Source of the DNA: Candidatus Latescibacterota bacterium | GTDB taxonomy: Bacteria > Latescibacterota > UBA2968 > UBA8231 | Direction: 5' to 3' | Length of the DNA stretch: 64,000 nucleotides | NCBI GenBank assembly: GCA_965248265.1 | Contig: CBDFJF010000002.1 | Span: 2,912,001 to 2,976,000, forward strand | Shown here: positions 40,391 through 51,173 of the stretch, in pieces | Layout: each line of letters starts with the position of its first letter | Position numbering within the stretch: position 1 is the first letter of the stretch | Translations under genes and position numbers: made by a program | Notes under the pieces: model-generated | Database searches by the model: none | The model's input: only the letters and a program-made list of their open reading frames with translations | Told to the model about the DNA's origin: nothing

Positions 40391-41194
40391 ATGAGCACAC
40401 AGAACGTCTCTTTTTCTTTGTTCACGAAGATGTGGAAGGACAAGTCCATAGAAGAACTGGCGGAATTCGTCAGCGCGATGGGGTTCGATGGCATCGAGCT
40501 TCCGGTGCGGGTCGGCTATCCGGTCGAGCCGGACACGGTGGCGACATCGCTGCCGGCTGCGGCCCGTCAGATGGCTGCAATGAATGTCCGCATCACCAGC
40601 GTGGCCGGTCCAACGGATGAGGTTACGATCGCCGCCTGCGGAGAAGCCGGTGTCCCGATCATCCGCACCTGCCCGGATATTGGCGAGGAAGGCTACCTGG
40701 CCAGCATCGAACGCCACTGGAGCGACTTCGACGCCCTGGTGCCTGTGTTGGAACAGCACGGAGTCGCCATCGGCATCCAGAACCACTGCGATGACTGGAT
40801 CTGCAATGCCATGGGCGTCAAACACTTCATCGACCGCTACGACCGGCGCCAGGTCTGCGCCATTCCGTGTGCTGGCCATACGGCGTTGAATGGGGAATCG
40901 CCGCACATGGCCATCGACATCGCCTGGTCCCATCTGGTCCAGTTCAAACTCAAGAATGCCTACTGGGAGCGGACCAACGGGACTGAGGCCGAGGACGTCG
41001 AATGGCGTCCGCGCTGGACCACCGGACGTCAGGGACTGGCGTCCTGGCCCCAGTTTGTTACTGAACTCAACAAGCGTGGTTTTGATGGAGTCGTCTGCCT
41101 CGACGCCGAGTACAACGACGAAGAGGCAACGGAGCGCCTTGTCATTGAGGACCTCGCCTTTGCGCGCTCGCTTTTCGATGGGGGAGAAGGGTAG
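40391..41194 (+). CDS. Sugar phosphate isomerase/epimerase (AP endonuclease 2 TIM barrel)
   Basis: FTKMW, GFDGIELPVR, IQNH, GH..L.GE, KN, AEY. Confidence 0.8.
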   Translation: MSTQNVSFSLFTKMWKDKSIEELAEFVSAMGFDGIELPVRVGYPVEPDTVATSLPAAARQMAAMNVRITSVAGPTDEVTIAACGEAGVPIIRTCPDIGEEGYLASIERHWSDFDALVPVLEQHGVAIGIQNHCDDWICNAMGVKHFIDRYDRRQVCAIPCAGHTALNGESPHMAIDIAWSHLVQFKLKNAYWERTNGTEAEDVEWRPRWTTGRQGLASWPQFVTELNKRGFDGVVCLDAEYNDEEATERLVIEDLAFARSLFDGGEG

Positions 41195-41199
41195 ATGGC

Positions 41200-42309
41200 A
41201 TGAAGGTCCTTAAGGATGGATTCCAGATGGCAGTAATTTATCCAGATTACGATTGCCTTCTCGAACGTGTCAGTGCCTCGACTGCTTCGATGCGGACGCT
41301 GGGGGTCACCATTGATGGCGCCCCGATAGTTGCAGCCCGCGGTGGAGGCGACAAGCAACCGGGCATTTTTATCACTGCGGGCAGTCATTCCACCGAGCAG
41401 GCTGGGGTTTCGGCGGCCGTGGATCTGATAGCCGGACTCGACACGGAGCACGAGGTCCACGTCATCCCGACGCGCGATCCAGTCGGCCTGAATGGGTTCG
41501 CCCACGCATTGAGCCTGGGCATGGGTGAGACTCCGTCGTTCGAGACCTTCGACGAAGTTGAGGATATTCTGCGCCGGGAAGGGGCTGTGTTATTCGAAGA
41601 GGAGGGGATGGTATTGTCCCTCATCGGTGATTTCGGTTACGTCAGTCGTCGACCGGATGACGGATGGTGCCCACAATGGTCGGCCTACAAGAGACTGCAG
41701 AAACTGCGTGAGGAAAACCCTGAGGTGCTGGCGCCGCTGACGGGACGCCGCGTTTACATGACCCCGGGTCAGACCGGAGTGGAAGGCACAGGGGACTTCG
41801 GCCGGGCCTACACCCTGATCTTCAGTCCGGAGGGAGAGGTCCTGCACATCAATCGCTTCCATGACACCGCCTGGGCGCCGGTCGAACCCCGGGTGGCGGT
41901 GCGATTGATGCAGGAGGTCAATCCGGGAATCAGCTTTGACCTGCATGAGTCCCAGTTGATGGAGGATCGTTTCTGGCTATCGGCCCGCACCCAGGCGGAT
42001 TCGGAGAATCAGCAGTGGGAGGCGCAAGCCGCCACCGAGACGATCGCGGCGATTGCGGCCTCGGGTGCGACCCTGGCCGAAGATGACGACACCCACATGC
42101 CCTGGTTCGATCAATCCGAGAAAGCCGTATTCTGGTTGGACGCCAACCGGCGCGGCGAAGGGCTGAACCTGATGGACTTTGCCTCTCGCTATCACGGTCT
42201 CGCCTTCGGCACGGAGATGGGCATGTACGGCAGCTTCGAGCACCGGGTCGGATTGGCGCTGCTCACGGTGAAGACGGCCGTTTCGGTCTTTGAAGAGCGC
42301 TACCGTTGA
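41200..42309 (+). CDS. M14-like zinc metallohydrolase (carboxypeptidase/deacylase)
   Basis: GSHSTE (HxxE), NRF, DLHE, terminal E in GTEMG. Confidence 0.7.
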   Translation: MKVLKDGFQMAVIYPDYDCLLERVSASTASMRTLGVTIDGAPIVAARGGGDKQPGIFITAGSHSTEQAGVSAAVDLIAGLDTEHEVHVIPTRDPVGLNGFAHALSLGMGETPSFETFDEVEDILRREGAVLFEEEGMVLSLIGDFGYVSRRPDDGWCPQWSAYKRLQKLREENPEVLAPLTGRRVYMTPGQTGVEGTGDFGRAYTLIFSPEGEVLHINRFHDTAWAPVEPRVAVRLMQEVNPGISFDLHESQLMEDRFWLSARTQADSENQQWEAQAATETIAAIAASGATLAEDDDTHMPWFDQSEKAVFWLDANRRGEGLNLMDFASRYHGLAFGTEMGMYGSFEHRVGLALLTVKTAVSVFEERYR

Positions 42310-43058
42310 AAGGTGAGCTGCAGGGGCAAGTGGCCGTCGTTACCGGCGCGGCCCAGGGCATGGGCGCGGCTGTCGCCGGGTGTCTGGCCGTCCACGGTGC
42401 GCAGGTAGTCCTGGCCGATGTTAATGAAGAGAAGGTGCAGGCTGAGGCCGAAGCCGTTCGTGCCGCGGGAGGCGCTGCCGCCGCTTTCGAAGTAGATGTA
42501 ACCGACGAAAAGCGCGTGGCCGCAATGGTCGCGTTCGCCAGCGATACCTACGGGGACGTGCAGGTCCTCGTCAACAGCGCAGGAATACTGCGCAGCACTC
42601 GAGTTGGGGCAATCACCAAGTCGGAGTGGGACCTCGTACTCGACGTCAATCTGAACGGGACATTCCTGTGTTGCGCTGCTGTGTTGGAAGGGATGCAGAA
42701 GAGCGGGTATGGCCGCATCATCAACCTCGCTTCCTCGGCCGGGCGCAGCGTCAGTACTTTAGGTGGAGCTCATTACACGGCGTCCAAGGCGGGAGTAATC
42801 GGGCTGACGCGGGCGCTGGCGAAAGAGCTGGGGCCGCACGGTATCACCGCCAATGCGATCTGTCCTGGCTTGATCGATACCGAGATGGTGCAGGAAAACT
42901 GCGCGCGCGAACGCGTACAGGAATACACCGACAGTTTTCCGGTCATGCGCTTGGGAACACCGGGGGAGGTTGCCGAACTGGTGCGCTTTCTCGTCACCGC
43001 TGGGGGCTACATCACCGGCGCCTGCCTCGACATCAACGGTGGCGACCTCATGGTCTAG
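42306..43058 (+). CDS. SDR family oxidoreductase (FabG-like)
   Basis: TGAAQGMG, NSAG, YTASK, NAICPG. Confidence 0.9.
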   Translation: MKGELQGQVAVVTGAAQGMGAAVAGCLAVHGAQVVLADVNEEKVQAEAEAVRAAGGAAAAFEVDVTDEKRVAAMVAFASDTYGDVQVLVNSAGILRSTRVGAITKSEWDLVLDVNLNGTFLCCAAVLEGMQKSGYGRIINLASSAGRSVSTLGGAHYTASKAGVIGLTRALAKELGPHGITANAICPGLIDTEMVQENCARERVQEYTDSFPVMRLGTPGEVAELVRFLVTAGGYITGACLDINGGDLMV

Positions 43059-44215
43059 TGCTCTGTTAAGAAATCGAGCTTGTACTTTGTCGTAAGTCGT
43101 GGTATCATGGATACATATGGTGAATCCTTCAGGAGGGTGATGCTATGTGTCTCCATGCTCGTTCGCCGAACGCGGCGGAGTCTAAGGAACTGGGACGGTG
43201 GCTGAAACGGCCTCGCAACGCCGTGCAGATGCGCCGTGGGCAGTTGATCTCGTTCAGCGCCCAGGGCATGCGCGTCCAGGAGATCTCGGATACACTGCAT
43301 CTGCATGAGGAGTACGTTCGCCAGTTGATCCGCCAGTACAACGAAGGGGGATTGACGGTTTTGCGCACTCGGGCACGTCCGGGGCGTCCTTCGAAGTTGA
43401 CGCCGGAAGACGAATCCGTGGTGGTGGAAATTGCCACGATGCCTCCTCGCGCGTTCGGCCAGCCGTTCAACCAGTGGTCGTTGCGCAAGCTGACTGACTG
43501 CCTGGTGGGACGGCAGATGATTCCCGAGGTTTCGCATGTGACCATCGGAAAAATCTTGGATCAACATAAGGTTACCTATCAACGCACGCGCACTTGGAAA
43601 GAATCAAAGGACCCGGAGTTTGTCTCTAAAAAAAACGCATCAACCGACTCTACAAGCGGGCGCCGAAAGACACGGTCGTAGTCTGTTTCGACGAACTGGG
43701 ACCAGTCCAGATCAAGCCGCATGCCGGTGCTTCCTGGGCCCCACACAAGCGCCCGGTCCGGCATCGGGCAACCTATAGCCGCCACGGCGGCGTCAGCTAT
43801 TTCTTTGGAGCCTATAACGTCCATGAGGACATCCTGTGGATGCATCACAAACCCAAGAAACACGCGTCGGTCGTACTCGATTTCCTCAAGGCCATTCGGC
43901 TCCGCTATCGCACGGCGAAGCGGATCTATGTCGTCATGGATAATCTGTCGACGCACAAGACACCGCCGATCTTGCAGTGGTGCCGACGAAACCGGGTCTC
44001 GCCGGTCTTCACCGCCACCAACGCGTCATGGATGAATCGGCTCGAATGTCACCTCACGGCAGCCCATTACTTCGTCATCAAAAACAGCGATCCCAACGAT
44101 CATCGAGAAGTCGGCCAGCGCATGCAGGAGTACCTGAGGTGGCGAAACAAGAACACCGACAACGCCAAGCTGGCCAAAGTCCAAAACTCAATGCCCACTC
44201 TTTAACAGAGCACTA
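43056..44215 (+). mobile_element. IS630 family insertion sequence
   Basis: Inverted ends TAGTGCTCTGTTAA (43056-43069) and TTAACAGAGCACTA (44202-44215), including the TA duplication in a CTAG context. Confidence 0.93.
43145..44205 (+). CDS. IS630 transposase, OrfA (HTH) + OrfB (DDE) joined by a -1 frameshift
   Basis: GRPSKLT, WSLRKL; A8C run at 43628-43636; -1 frame gives FDELGP, VMDNLSTH, MNRLE. Confidence 0.9.
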
Positions 44216-44310
44216 GCGGCCTGCAATTGTATTGCGGCCTCCGGCCGCAGCTGCAATCATAACGCGGCCTCCGGCCGCGAAGGACAATCCCAATGCGGCC
44301 TTTCGGCCGC
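44216..44310. repeat. REP-like palindromes GCGGCC(TC/TTTC)GGCCGC, three copies plus one half copy
   Basis: Copies at 44233-44249, 44263-44279 and 44295-44310, about 30-nt period. Confidence 0.75.
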
Positions 44311-44328
44311 TGCCCGTTCCCGGGTGCA

Positions 44329-45513
44329 TCAGATTCCCATTTCCTGTTTGGCTTCAGCGAATTTTTCCAGCGCCAGCTCGAGGTCTTCTCGCGAGTGCGC
44401 CGCCGACACCTGGGTGCGGATCCGCGCCGTGCCCTCAGGTACTACCGGATAGAAGAATCCCACCACGTAGATTCCCTTTTCCAACATTAGGGCAGCCATT
44501 CGCTGAGCCAGCGAGGCCTCGCCAAGCATGATGGGCACGATCGGGTGGGTACCCGATTGGATTTTCAGGCCGAGATCGGTAAGGCCCTTTCGAAAAAAAC
44601 TCGTGTTCTCACCCAGCCTGTGGCGCAGATCGGGTGAACGGGTGATGAGCTCGATGGCCTTGAGTGAAGCGGAGACGATGCTGGGGGCCAGGGTGTTGGA
44701 GAACAGGTAAGGACGCGATCGCTGCCGCAGCAACTCGATGATTTCCGCCTTGCCGCTGGTATATCCACCGCTGGCGCCACCCAGGGCTTTGCCCATGGTT
44801 CCGGTGATGATGTCCACTCTGTCGATCACATCGCACAGTTCGTGCGTCCCCCGGCCGTTCTCACCGACGAAGCCGACCGCATGCGAATCGTCGACCATGA
44901 CCAGCGCGTCGTGGGCCTGGGCCAGATCGCATATTGGGCCCAGCTCAGCGAAGTGGCCGTCCATGGAGAACACGCCATCGGTGGCGATCAGGCGGAAGCG
45001 GGCGTCGCCGGCCTCCTTCAGCTGGGCCTCCAGGTCGTGCATGTCCGAGTGGGCGTAACGCAGCCGGCGCGCCTTGCACAGGCGAATTCCATCTATGATG
45101 CTGGCGTGATTGAGCGCATCGCTGAGAACGGCGTCCTCAGCGTCCAGCAACGTCTCGAAGAGACCACCGTTAGCGTCGAAACACGAGGTGTAGAGGATGG
45201 TGTCTTCGGTTTGCAGAAACTGAGATATGGTGCGTTCGAGTTCCCGGTGTATGTCCTGGGTGCCGCATATGAAGCGGACCGAGGACAGGCCGAACCCATA
45301 GCGCGCGTAGCTGTCCCTGGCCGCCGCCACGATCTCGGGATGATTCGCCAAGCCCAGGTAATTATTGGCGCAGAAATTGACGACTTCGCGGCCGTCGGCA
45401 GTGGCGATCTGTGCCTGTTGCGGCGTCGTGATGACGCGCTCTTCCTTGTAGAGGTCGTCGGAGCGTAGGCGTTGGAGCTGGTCCTTCAAGTGGGCGCGAA
45501 GGGCTTCGTTCAT
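44329..45513 (-). CDS. kbl: Glycine C-acetyltransferase (2-amino-3-ketobutyrate CoA ligase)
   Basis: [37 protein letters not shown]. Confidence 0.97.
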   Translation of the reverse strand: MNEALRAHLKDQLQRLRSDDLYKEERVITTPQQAQIATADGREVVNFCANNYLGLANHPEIVAAARDSYARYGFGLSSVRFICGTQDIHRELERTISQFLQTEDTILYTSCFDANGGLFETLLDAEDAVLSDALNHASIIDGIRLCKARRLRYAHSDMHDLEAQLKEAGDARFRLIATDGVFSMDGHFAELGPICDLAQAHDALVMVDDSHAVGFVGENGRGTHELCDVIDRVDIITGTMGKALGGASGGYTSGKAEIIELLRQRSRPYLFSNTLAPSIVSASLKAIELITRSPDLRHRLGENTSFFRKGLTDLGLKIQSGTHPIVPIMLGEASLAQRMAALMLEKGIYVVGFFYPVVPEGTARIRTQVSAAHSREDLELALEKFAEAKQEMGI

Positions 45514-45526
45514 CGGCTCATCCTAT

Positions 45527-45602
45527 AGGAGCCTGTCCGAGTATCCCATTTGGGCTGCGGGAACGTCATTGCCTATCAAAGCGAATACTCGGACAGGCTC
45601 CT
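45527..45602. repeat. 76-bp MITE-like element with 18-bp perfect inverted repeats
   Basis: AGGAGCCTGTCCGAGTAT (45527-45544) and ATACTCGGACAGGCTCCT (45585-45602). Confidence 0.75.
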
Positions 45603-45607
45603 CGCGA

Positions 45608-46639
<1,032 letters not shown>

Positions 46640-46640
46640 T

Positions 46641-46672
46641 TAGGAGCCTGTCCGAGTATCCCATTTGGGCTG
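46641..46672. repeat. 32-bp direct copy of the left end of the 45527 element
   Basis: TAGGAGCCTGTCCGAGTATCCCATTTGGGCTG, identical to 45526-45557. Confidence 0.85.
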
Positions 46673-46704
46673 AGGCGGCTATTAGCGATGTCAAGCGCTG
46701 CTGT

Positions 46705-47877
46705 CTATAGAGGCCAATGCAGGCTGTATCCGATACCGACCAGCAGGTTGCGATCCGAGGTGATCTGCACGTCGTTGACACGCTGGTACAGCGGCAACTG
46801 GTAGTAGCCATACAGCGACATGCCTTGTATCAGCTCGAGTTGAAGTCCCGGACTCAGGTAAACGTAGGTTCCTCCGGTGGCGTCGACGAGTTCTCCCATC
46901 CTGCCGGCTCCGTCCTCACTGCGCCAACGATAGGCCACCTGCGACAGGGCGACCATGCGTTTGGATAGTGGCACCCTTATTCCGGCATGGCTGACCGCTT
47001 CGTGTCCGAAACGATACCCCCCATCTCCGGAGAGATTCAGTCTCAACCGTGCACTTGCGTACCAGTGGGACGGCTCATGATGAGAGACGAAGGGCAGTGC
47101 CATCAACCCACGAGATGAGAGCTCGGTGAGAAAACCGAAGCCCCCCGATCCGGGTTGCAGGCTGGGCTCCGCCAACGTGCCTTCGCTGTTGCGGACTCGC
47201 GTGGTCCCGGTCGGCAGGATGAGCCCGAGGCTGGCCGTCAGCTGAAGCTGCTCGGCTGTCTTGCCCAGCAGCCGCAGGCGCGTCCATGCGGTGATGTCGC
47301 CAAGTTCGGTGTAGTGCCAAGCATCCAGCGTTCCGGCGTCGGCGCCGTCGGAGTGGTCACCGCTGCCATCATCATGATCTTCTTCTGCGTGGTCGTCATC
47401 CTGAGCCAAGCCTGCGCCGATCATCTTGCCATCGACGTGGTCATCCTCGGGTATATCGTCATCATTGTGTCCGGGGTGTCCGGCGACAGCAATGTGTGAG
47501 TGTGTTCTTCTGACAAATGGGATCGTCAGATCCAGTGACCACACCGGGTTCACGGTGAAGGAACCCCGCAGGTTGACGGTCCGTGTTGAGGTCTGGAGCT
47601 CATCGTGATCCGGTCGGCGGACCTGTTGGAAGGCAACTTTCTGACTGCCGAGACGGGGTACATCCTGCTGGATGTCCTCGAAATCGATGTGCAGGCCCAA
47701 GGCGCCAGGCAAGTCTGATTTCAGCGTTTTGACGCTGGAGAGATCCAGTGGGCAGCTTTCTATGCCACAACTGCCAAGGGCCGGCCCCGTTGTCAGAACA
47801 TTGATCCCCAAAACGAGGGGGATCAAATGCGCAGTCAATGATTGTTTCCGCTTGGTTTGCTTGGACTTCACTCGCAC
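46705..47877 (-). CDS. Outer-membrane beta-barrel transporter-like protein with His/Asp-rich insert
   Basis: Signal peptide, CGIESC, LGDI, LPTG, LQPGSG, YLSPG, QLPLYQRVN; HSH...DDH...EDHDD tract. Confidence 0.65.
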   Translation of the reverse strand: MRVKSKQTKRKQSLTAHLIPLVLGINVLTTGPALGSCGIESCPLDLSSVKTLKSDLPGALGLHIDFEDIQQDVPRLGSQKVAFQQVRRPDHDELQTSTRTVNLRGSFTVNPVWSLDLTIPFVRRTHSHIAVAGHPGHNDDDIPEDDHVDGKMIGAGLAQDDDHAEEDHDDGSGDHSDGADAGTLDAWHYTELGDITAWTRLRLLGKTAEQLQLTASLGLILPTGTTRVRNSEGTLAEPSLQPGSGGFGFLTELSSRGLMALPFVSHHEPSHWYASARLRLNLSGDGGYRFGHEAVSHAGIRVPLSKRMVALSQVAYRWRSEDGAGRMGELVDATGGTYVYLSPGLQLELIQGMSLYGYYQLPLYQRVNDVQITSDRNLLVGIGYSLHWPL

Positions 47878-47901
47878 TCAGCTCCTCCCTTCTCCCATGC
47901 A

Positions 47902-48074
47902 CTGGATCATGGGCGGATCGGGTGGGAAATACCTTGTGAAGGTACGGCGATGTCGTCGATCGACAAGGCCTGCACTGAAACGTTGCGGAGCAAGAGTGAC
48001 CTCCTTCGGCCTTGGCCGTCCGACGGCGATCCCGTACCTTTCTTGATAACCTCCCGCACTCGACTACGTACCAG
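47902..48074 (+). ncRNA. Candidate 6S RNA-like structured RNA
   Basis: Nested stems 47918-24/48057-63, 47938-47/48032-41 and 47964-70/48008-14 around a central bubble; G-U pairs favour the + strand; T-rich tract follows. Confidence 0.5.
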
Positions 48075-48213
48075 GTCGTTTTAGTTTGATTTCAGCGGAT
48101 CTCCACACCAGGGTTTTGCCGATTCGCGCAGGAGTGTTGCAAGCTGAAACGCATGAGGTTCTCACGCGTCATGAGATTGAACAACATCTCACCTTCATCC
48201 GCGCCCCGGGCCA

Positions 48214-49785
48214 ATGTTCATGACATCGACGGAATCCTCTAGAGAATTCGGCCCAGCGCTGACGGCCAGCCCCGGGCAGGGCTCCTGGGGGACGGCAGGG
48301 TTGAGTCAACGGCCCCGCGGCAGCTTCCGTCGCCGGCTCGTGCTCAGCTTCGTAACCCTGGCCATGCTGGTCGTCGGCGGTAGCGGTTGGATTCTGTATG
48401 AGCGCGCGCTCGAGAGTCTAGAGGCTCAACTGAGCAGCCGCTTGGTAGCTGAAGCCCGCCTCATCGCCAATGGGCTGCCGACCGGGATTGCCCGAATCGT
48501 GCGCCCGGGCTTCGAGCAATATGCCTACTACAAGCGCTACACCAAGTGGCTGCGCGAATCCCAGCAGATGATCGGGGCTCGCCGGATCTACGTGTTCGAC
48601 AAGAATAACCGTAGTCTCCTCGACACCGAGCCCGATATCAAGATCGGCCGGCCGTATTCGGTCCTCAAATACCGCGACCGCCCGCAGGTCGATGACATCT
48701 GGCAGGGCCAGGCGAGCCACACCACCCGTTTCAAGCAGCCGGAGACCGGCGTCGATCTCATGACGGGCTATGCCCCGATGCTGAACAAGCAAGGGGAGGT
48801 CATCGCCGGAGTAGGGGTCGAGATCGGCAGTGGCTTCATGAACGCCATTCACGGGTTCAAGCGCTCGGTCTACTTCTTTGCCGTATTAAGTGCCTTGCTG
48901 ACGCTGATTCTCGGACTTGGCATGGCGCGCCAGGTGACTCGTCCGATCAAGCGCCTGGTGACGGCGGCTCGCGAGATCGGTCGCGGCAACCTGGACCAGG
49001 CCGTAGAAACCTCGGCGAGCGACGAGATTGGGTATCTCAGCGTGACGATGGAGGAGATGCGGCAGAAGCTGCTGACTCGCGAGCGCCAACTGAGGCAGAT
49101 GCTGGCCGGTGTTGCTCACGAAATCCGCAATCCGCTCGGCGGCATTGAGATCTACGCCGGTCTGATTGCAGACGATCTACCCGAAGGAGATGAACGCAAG
49201 CAGCACATACTGAAGGTGATCGGGGAAGTGCGCACCCTCAACGAGGTCATCGCGGAGTTCCTCGAGTTTGCCCGTCCGGTGCCGTCCGATCCTGTCATGA
49301 CCCCTGTCGCCGGCCTGATTGAGGACGCGGCCTTTCTGCTCAATCCCGAGATGGAGCGAGCACAGATTGATTACCGGACCGATGTACCGGCCGATCTCAA
49401 TGTCTACGCCGACGGCGAGCAGATAAAGCGCGCGCTGATCAACCTGATGAAGAACGCCATCCAGGCGATGGGGGATGGAGGTAGGTTGAGTGTCAGCGCC
49501 CGCAACGGCGATGGCGAAGTTGCGATCGAAGTGGCCGACACGGGCCCCGGTGTTCCGCTGGACGTAGTGGAACGGCTCTTCGAACCTTTTTTTACCACCC
49601 GTGAGCAGGGCTCCGGGCTCGGCTTGCCAATCGTGCAGCAGACGCTGGAGAAGAACAGAGGACGGGTAGAGTTGGAAAGCGTACCAGGCAGGGGGACGTC
49701 GGTGAAGATGTACCTTCCGGCCACTGGCGAGACGGCCGGCCTTACTACGGTTGACGGTCACAACGGCATGCACGGTCCCGGATGA
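48214..49785 (+). CDS. HAMP-domain sensor histidine kinase
   Basis: Two TM helices, DEIG HAMP, AHEIRNPL H-box, NL.KNA, DTGPG, GSGLGL. Confidence 0.93.
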   Translation: MFMTSTESSREFGPALTASPGQGSWGTAGLSQRPRGSFRRRLVLSFVTLAMLVVGGSGWILYERALESLEAQLSSRLVAEARLIANGLPTGIARIVRPGFEQYAYYKRYTKWLRESQQMIGARRIYVFDKNNRSLLDTEPDIKIGRPYSVLKYRDRPQVDDIWQGQASHTTRFKQPETGVDLMTGYAPMLNKQGEVIAGVGVEIGSGFMNAIHGFKRSVYFFAVLSALLTLILGLGMARQVTRPIKRLVTAAREIGRGNLDQAVETSASDEIGYLSVTMEEMRQKLLTRERQLRQMLAGVAHEIRNPLGGIEIYAGLIADDLPEGDERKQHILKVIGEVRTLNEVIAEFLEFARPVPSDPVMTPVAGLIEDAAFLLNPEMERAQIDYRTDVPADLNVYADGEQIKRALINLMKNAIQAMGDGGRLSVSARNGDGEVAIEVADTGPGVPLDVVERLFEPFFTTREQGSGLGLPIVQQTLEKNRGRVELESVPGRGTSVKMYLPATGETAGLTTVDGHNGMHGPG

Positions 49786-51164
49786 GTCGAATTCTCGTCG
49801 TCGACGACAACGAGACCATGCGGTCTGGCATCACCCTGGTCGTCGAGCGCATGGAGCACGAGGCGGCGGCCGCGGCCAGTGGCAAGGATGCGCTGGCGCT
49901 CCTCGGTGACCGGGAGTTCGATCTCGTCATCACCGACTATCGCATGGACGAGATGGATGGCCTGCGGGTGCTCGAGGCGGTGAAGGAGCACCACGCCGAT
50001 ACGGACGTCATGATCATCACGGCTCACGGGACCATCGAGATTGCCGTGGACGCGATGAAACTCGGGGCAGCCGATTTCATCACCAAGCCCTTCCCCCCCG
50101 ACGCGTTGCGGTTGAAGATCGACCGGGTACTCAAACATCGGGACGATCGCCAGGAGCGCATGCGTCTTGGTGAGGAAAACCGCTACTTGAGGGAAGAGAT
50201 CGGCGTCCGCTACGGGGAAATCGTCGGAAAGTCGGACAAGATCAGAGAGATTCTCTCCCTCACGGAGAGAATCAGCGGGGCCGATTCCTCCGTCCTCATC
50301 TACGGCGAAAGCGGCACGGGTAAGGAGCTGGTGGCCCGCGCCATCCATAACTCCAGCAGCCGCTCGAACGGTCCCTTCGTCAAGGTGAACTGCGGATCCC
50401 TCCCCAAGGAGCTCGTGGAGAGCGAGTTATTCGGCCATGAAAAGGGCTCGTTCACGGGAGCGGTACGTCTAAAGAAGGGAAAGTTCGAACTCGCCGAGGC
50501 CGGAAGCATCTTTCTGGATGAAATAGGGGACATACCGCTGGATACCCAGGTGAGGCTGTTACGGGTACTGCAGGAGAAGGAATTCGACCGAGTTGGGGGG
50601 GAGCGCACGTTGACGGCGGATGTCCGGGTCGTGGCTGCAACCAACCGACCGCTGAAAGAAATGGTCGCCGACGGAGTCTTCCGAGAGGATCTGTACTACC
50701 GGCTGGAGGTCATCCCACTGCTGTTGCCGCCGCTGCGCGAACGCAAGGAGGACATCCCCTTGCTCGCGGAGCATTTCCTGATTAAAAAATGTCGGGAAAT
50801 GAATCTGCCCCTCAGGCGTCTAACAGCCGACGCCCTCGAGTTGCTAGGCAAATATCCGTGGCCGGGAAACGTCCGGGAGCTGGAAAACGTGATCGAGCGT
50901 ACGGTCGTTCTCGGTGACGGGGTCACGATTGGGGCGAGCGATCTGCCGCTGGGTGCGGGGGATGAAGTGGGGGAGGATGACCAAGTCCAGATGGACGATG
51001 TGGGCGGCGACGTGTTGCTGAACGAACGACTGGAAGGGCTTGAAAGGAGATTGATCACGGAGGCCATGGGAAAAGCCCAGGGGGTCAAGACGAAGGCGGC
51101 CGAGCTGCTTGGCATCAAGACCAGTGCCCTCTACTACAAGCTGGACAAATACGGAGTGGAATAG
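49782..51164 (+). CDS. Sigma-54-dependent response regulator (NtrC/AtoC family)
   Basis: REC domain, GESGTGKE, ESELFGHEKGSFTGA, WPGNVRELEN, Fis HTH. Confidence 0.95.
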   Translation: MSRILVVDDNETMRSGITLVVERMEHEAAAAASGKDALALLGDREFDLVITDYRMDEMDGLRVLEAVKEHHADTDVMIITAHGTIEIAVDAMKLGAADFITKPFPPDALRLKIDRVLKHRDDRQERMRLGEENRYLREEIGVRYGEIVGKSDKIREILSLTERISGADSSVLIYGESGTGKELVARAIHNSSSRSNGPFVKVNCGSLPKELVESELFGHEKGSFTGAVRLKKGKFELAEAGSIFLDEIGDIPLDTQVRLLRVLQEKEFDRVGGERTLTADVRVVAATNRPLKEMVADGVFREDLYYRLEVIPLLLPPLRERKEDIPLLAEHFLIKKCREMNLPLRRLTADALELLGKYPWPGNVRELENVIERTVVLGDGVTIGASDLPLGAGDEVGEDDQVQMDDVGGDVLLNERLEGLERRLITEAMGKAQGVKTKAAELLGIKTSALYYKLDKYGVE

Positions 51165-51173
51165 ATAGCAAAA

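Noticed and set aside
44216-44310. Mini CRISPR array
   Set aside because: Repeats and spacers of about 15 nt are too short, and no cas genes are present
47890-48080. Cobalamin or NiCo riboswitch on the minus strand
   Set aside because: Only CTCCGCAAC resembles the B12 core; no GGGAA/B12 box or NiCo junction motifs, and the pairing favours +
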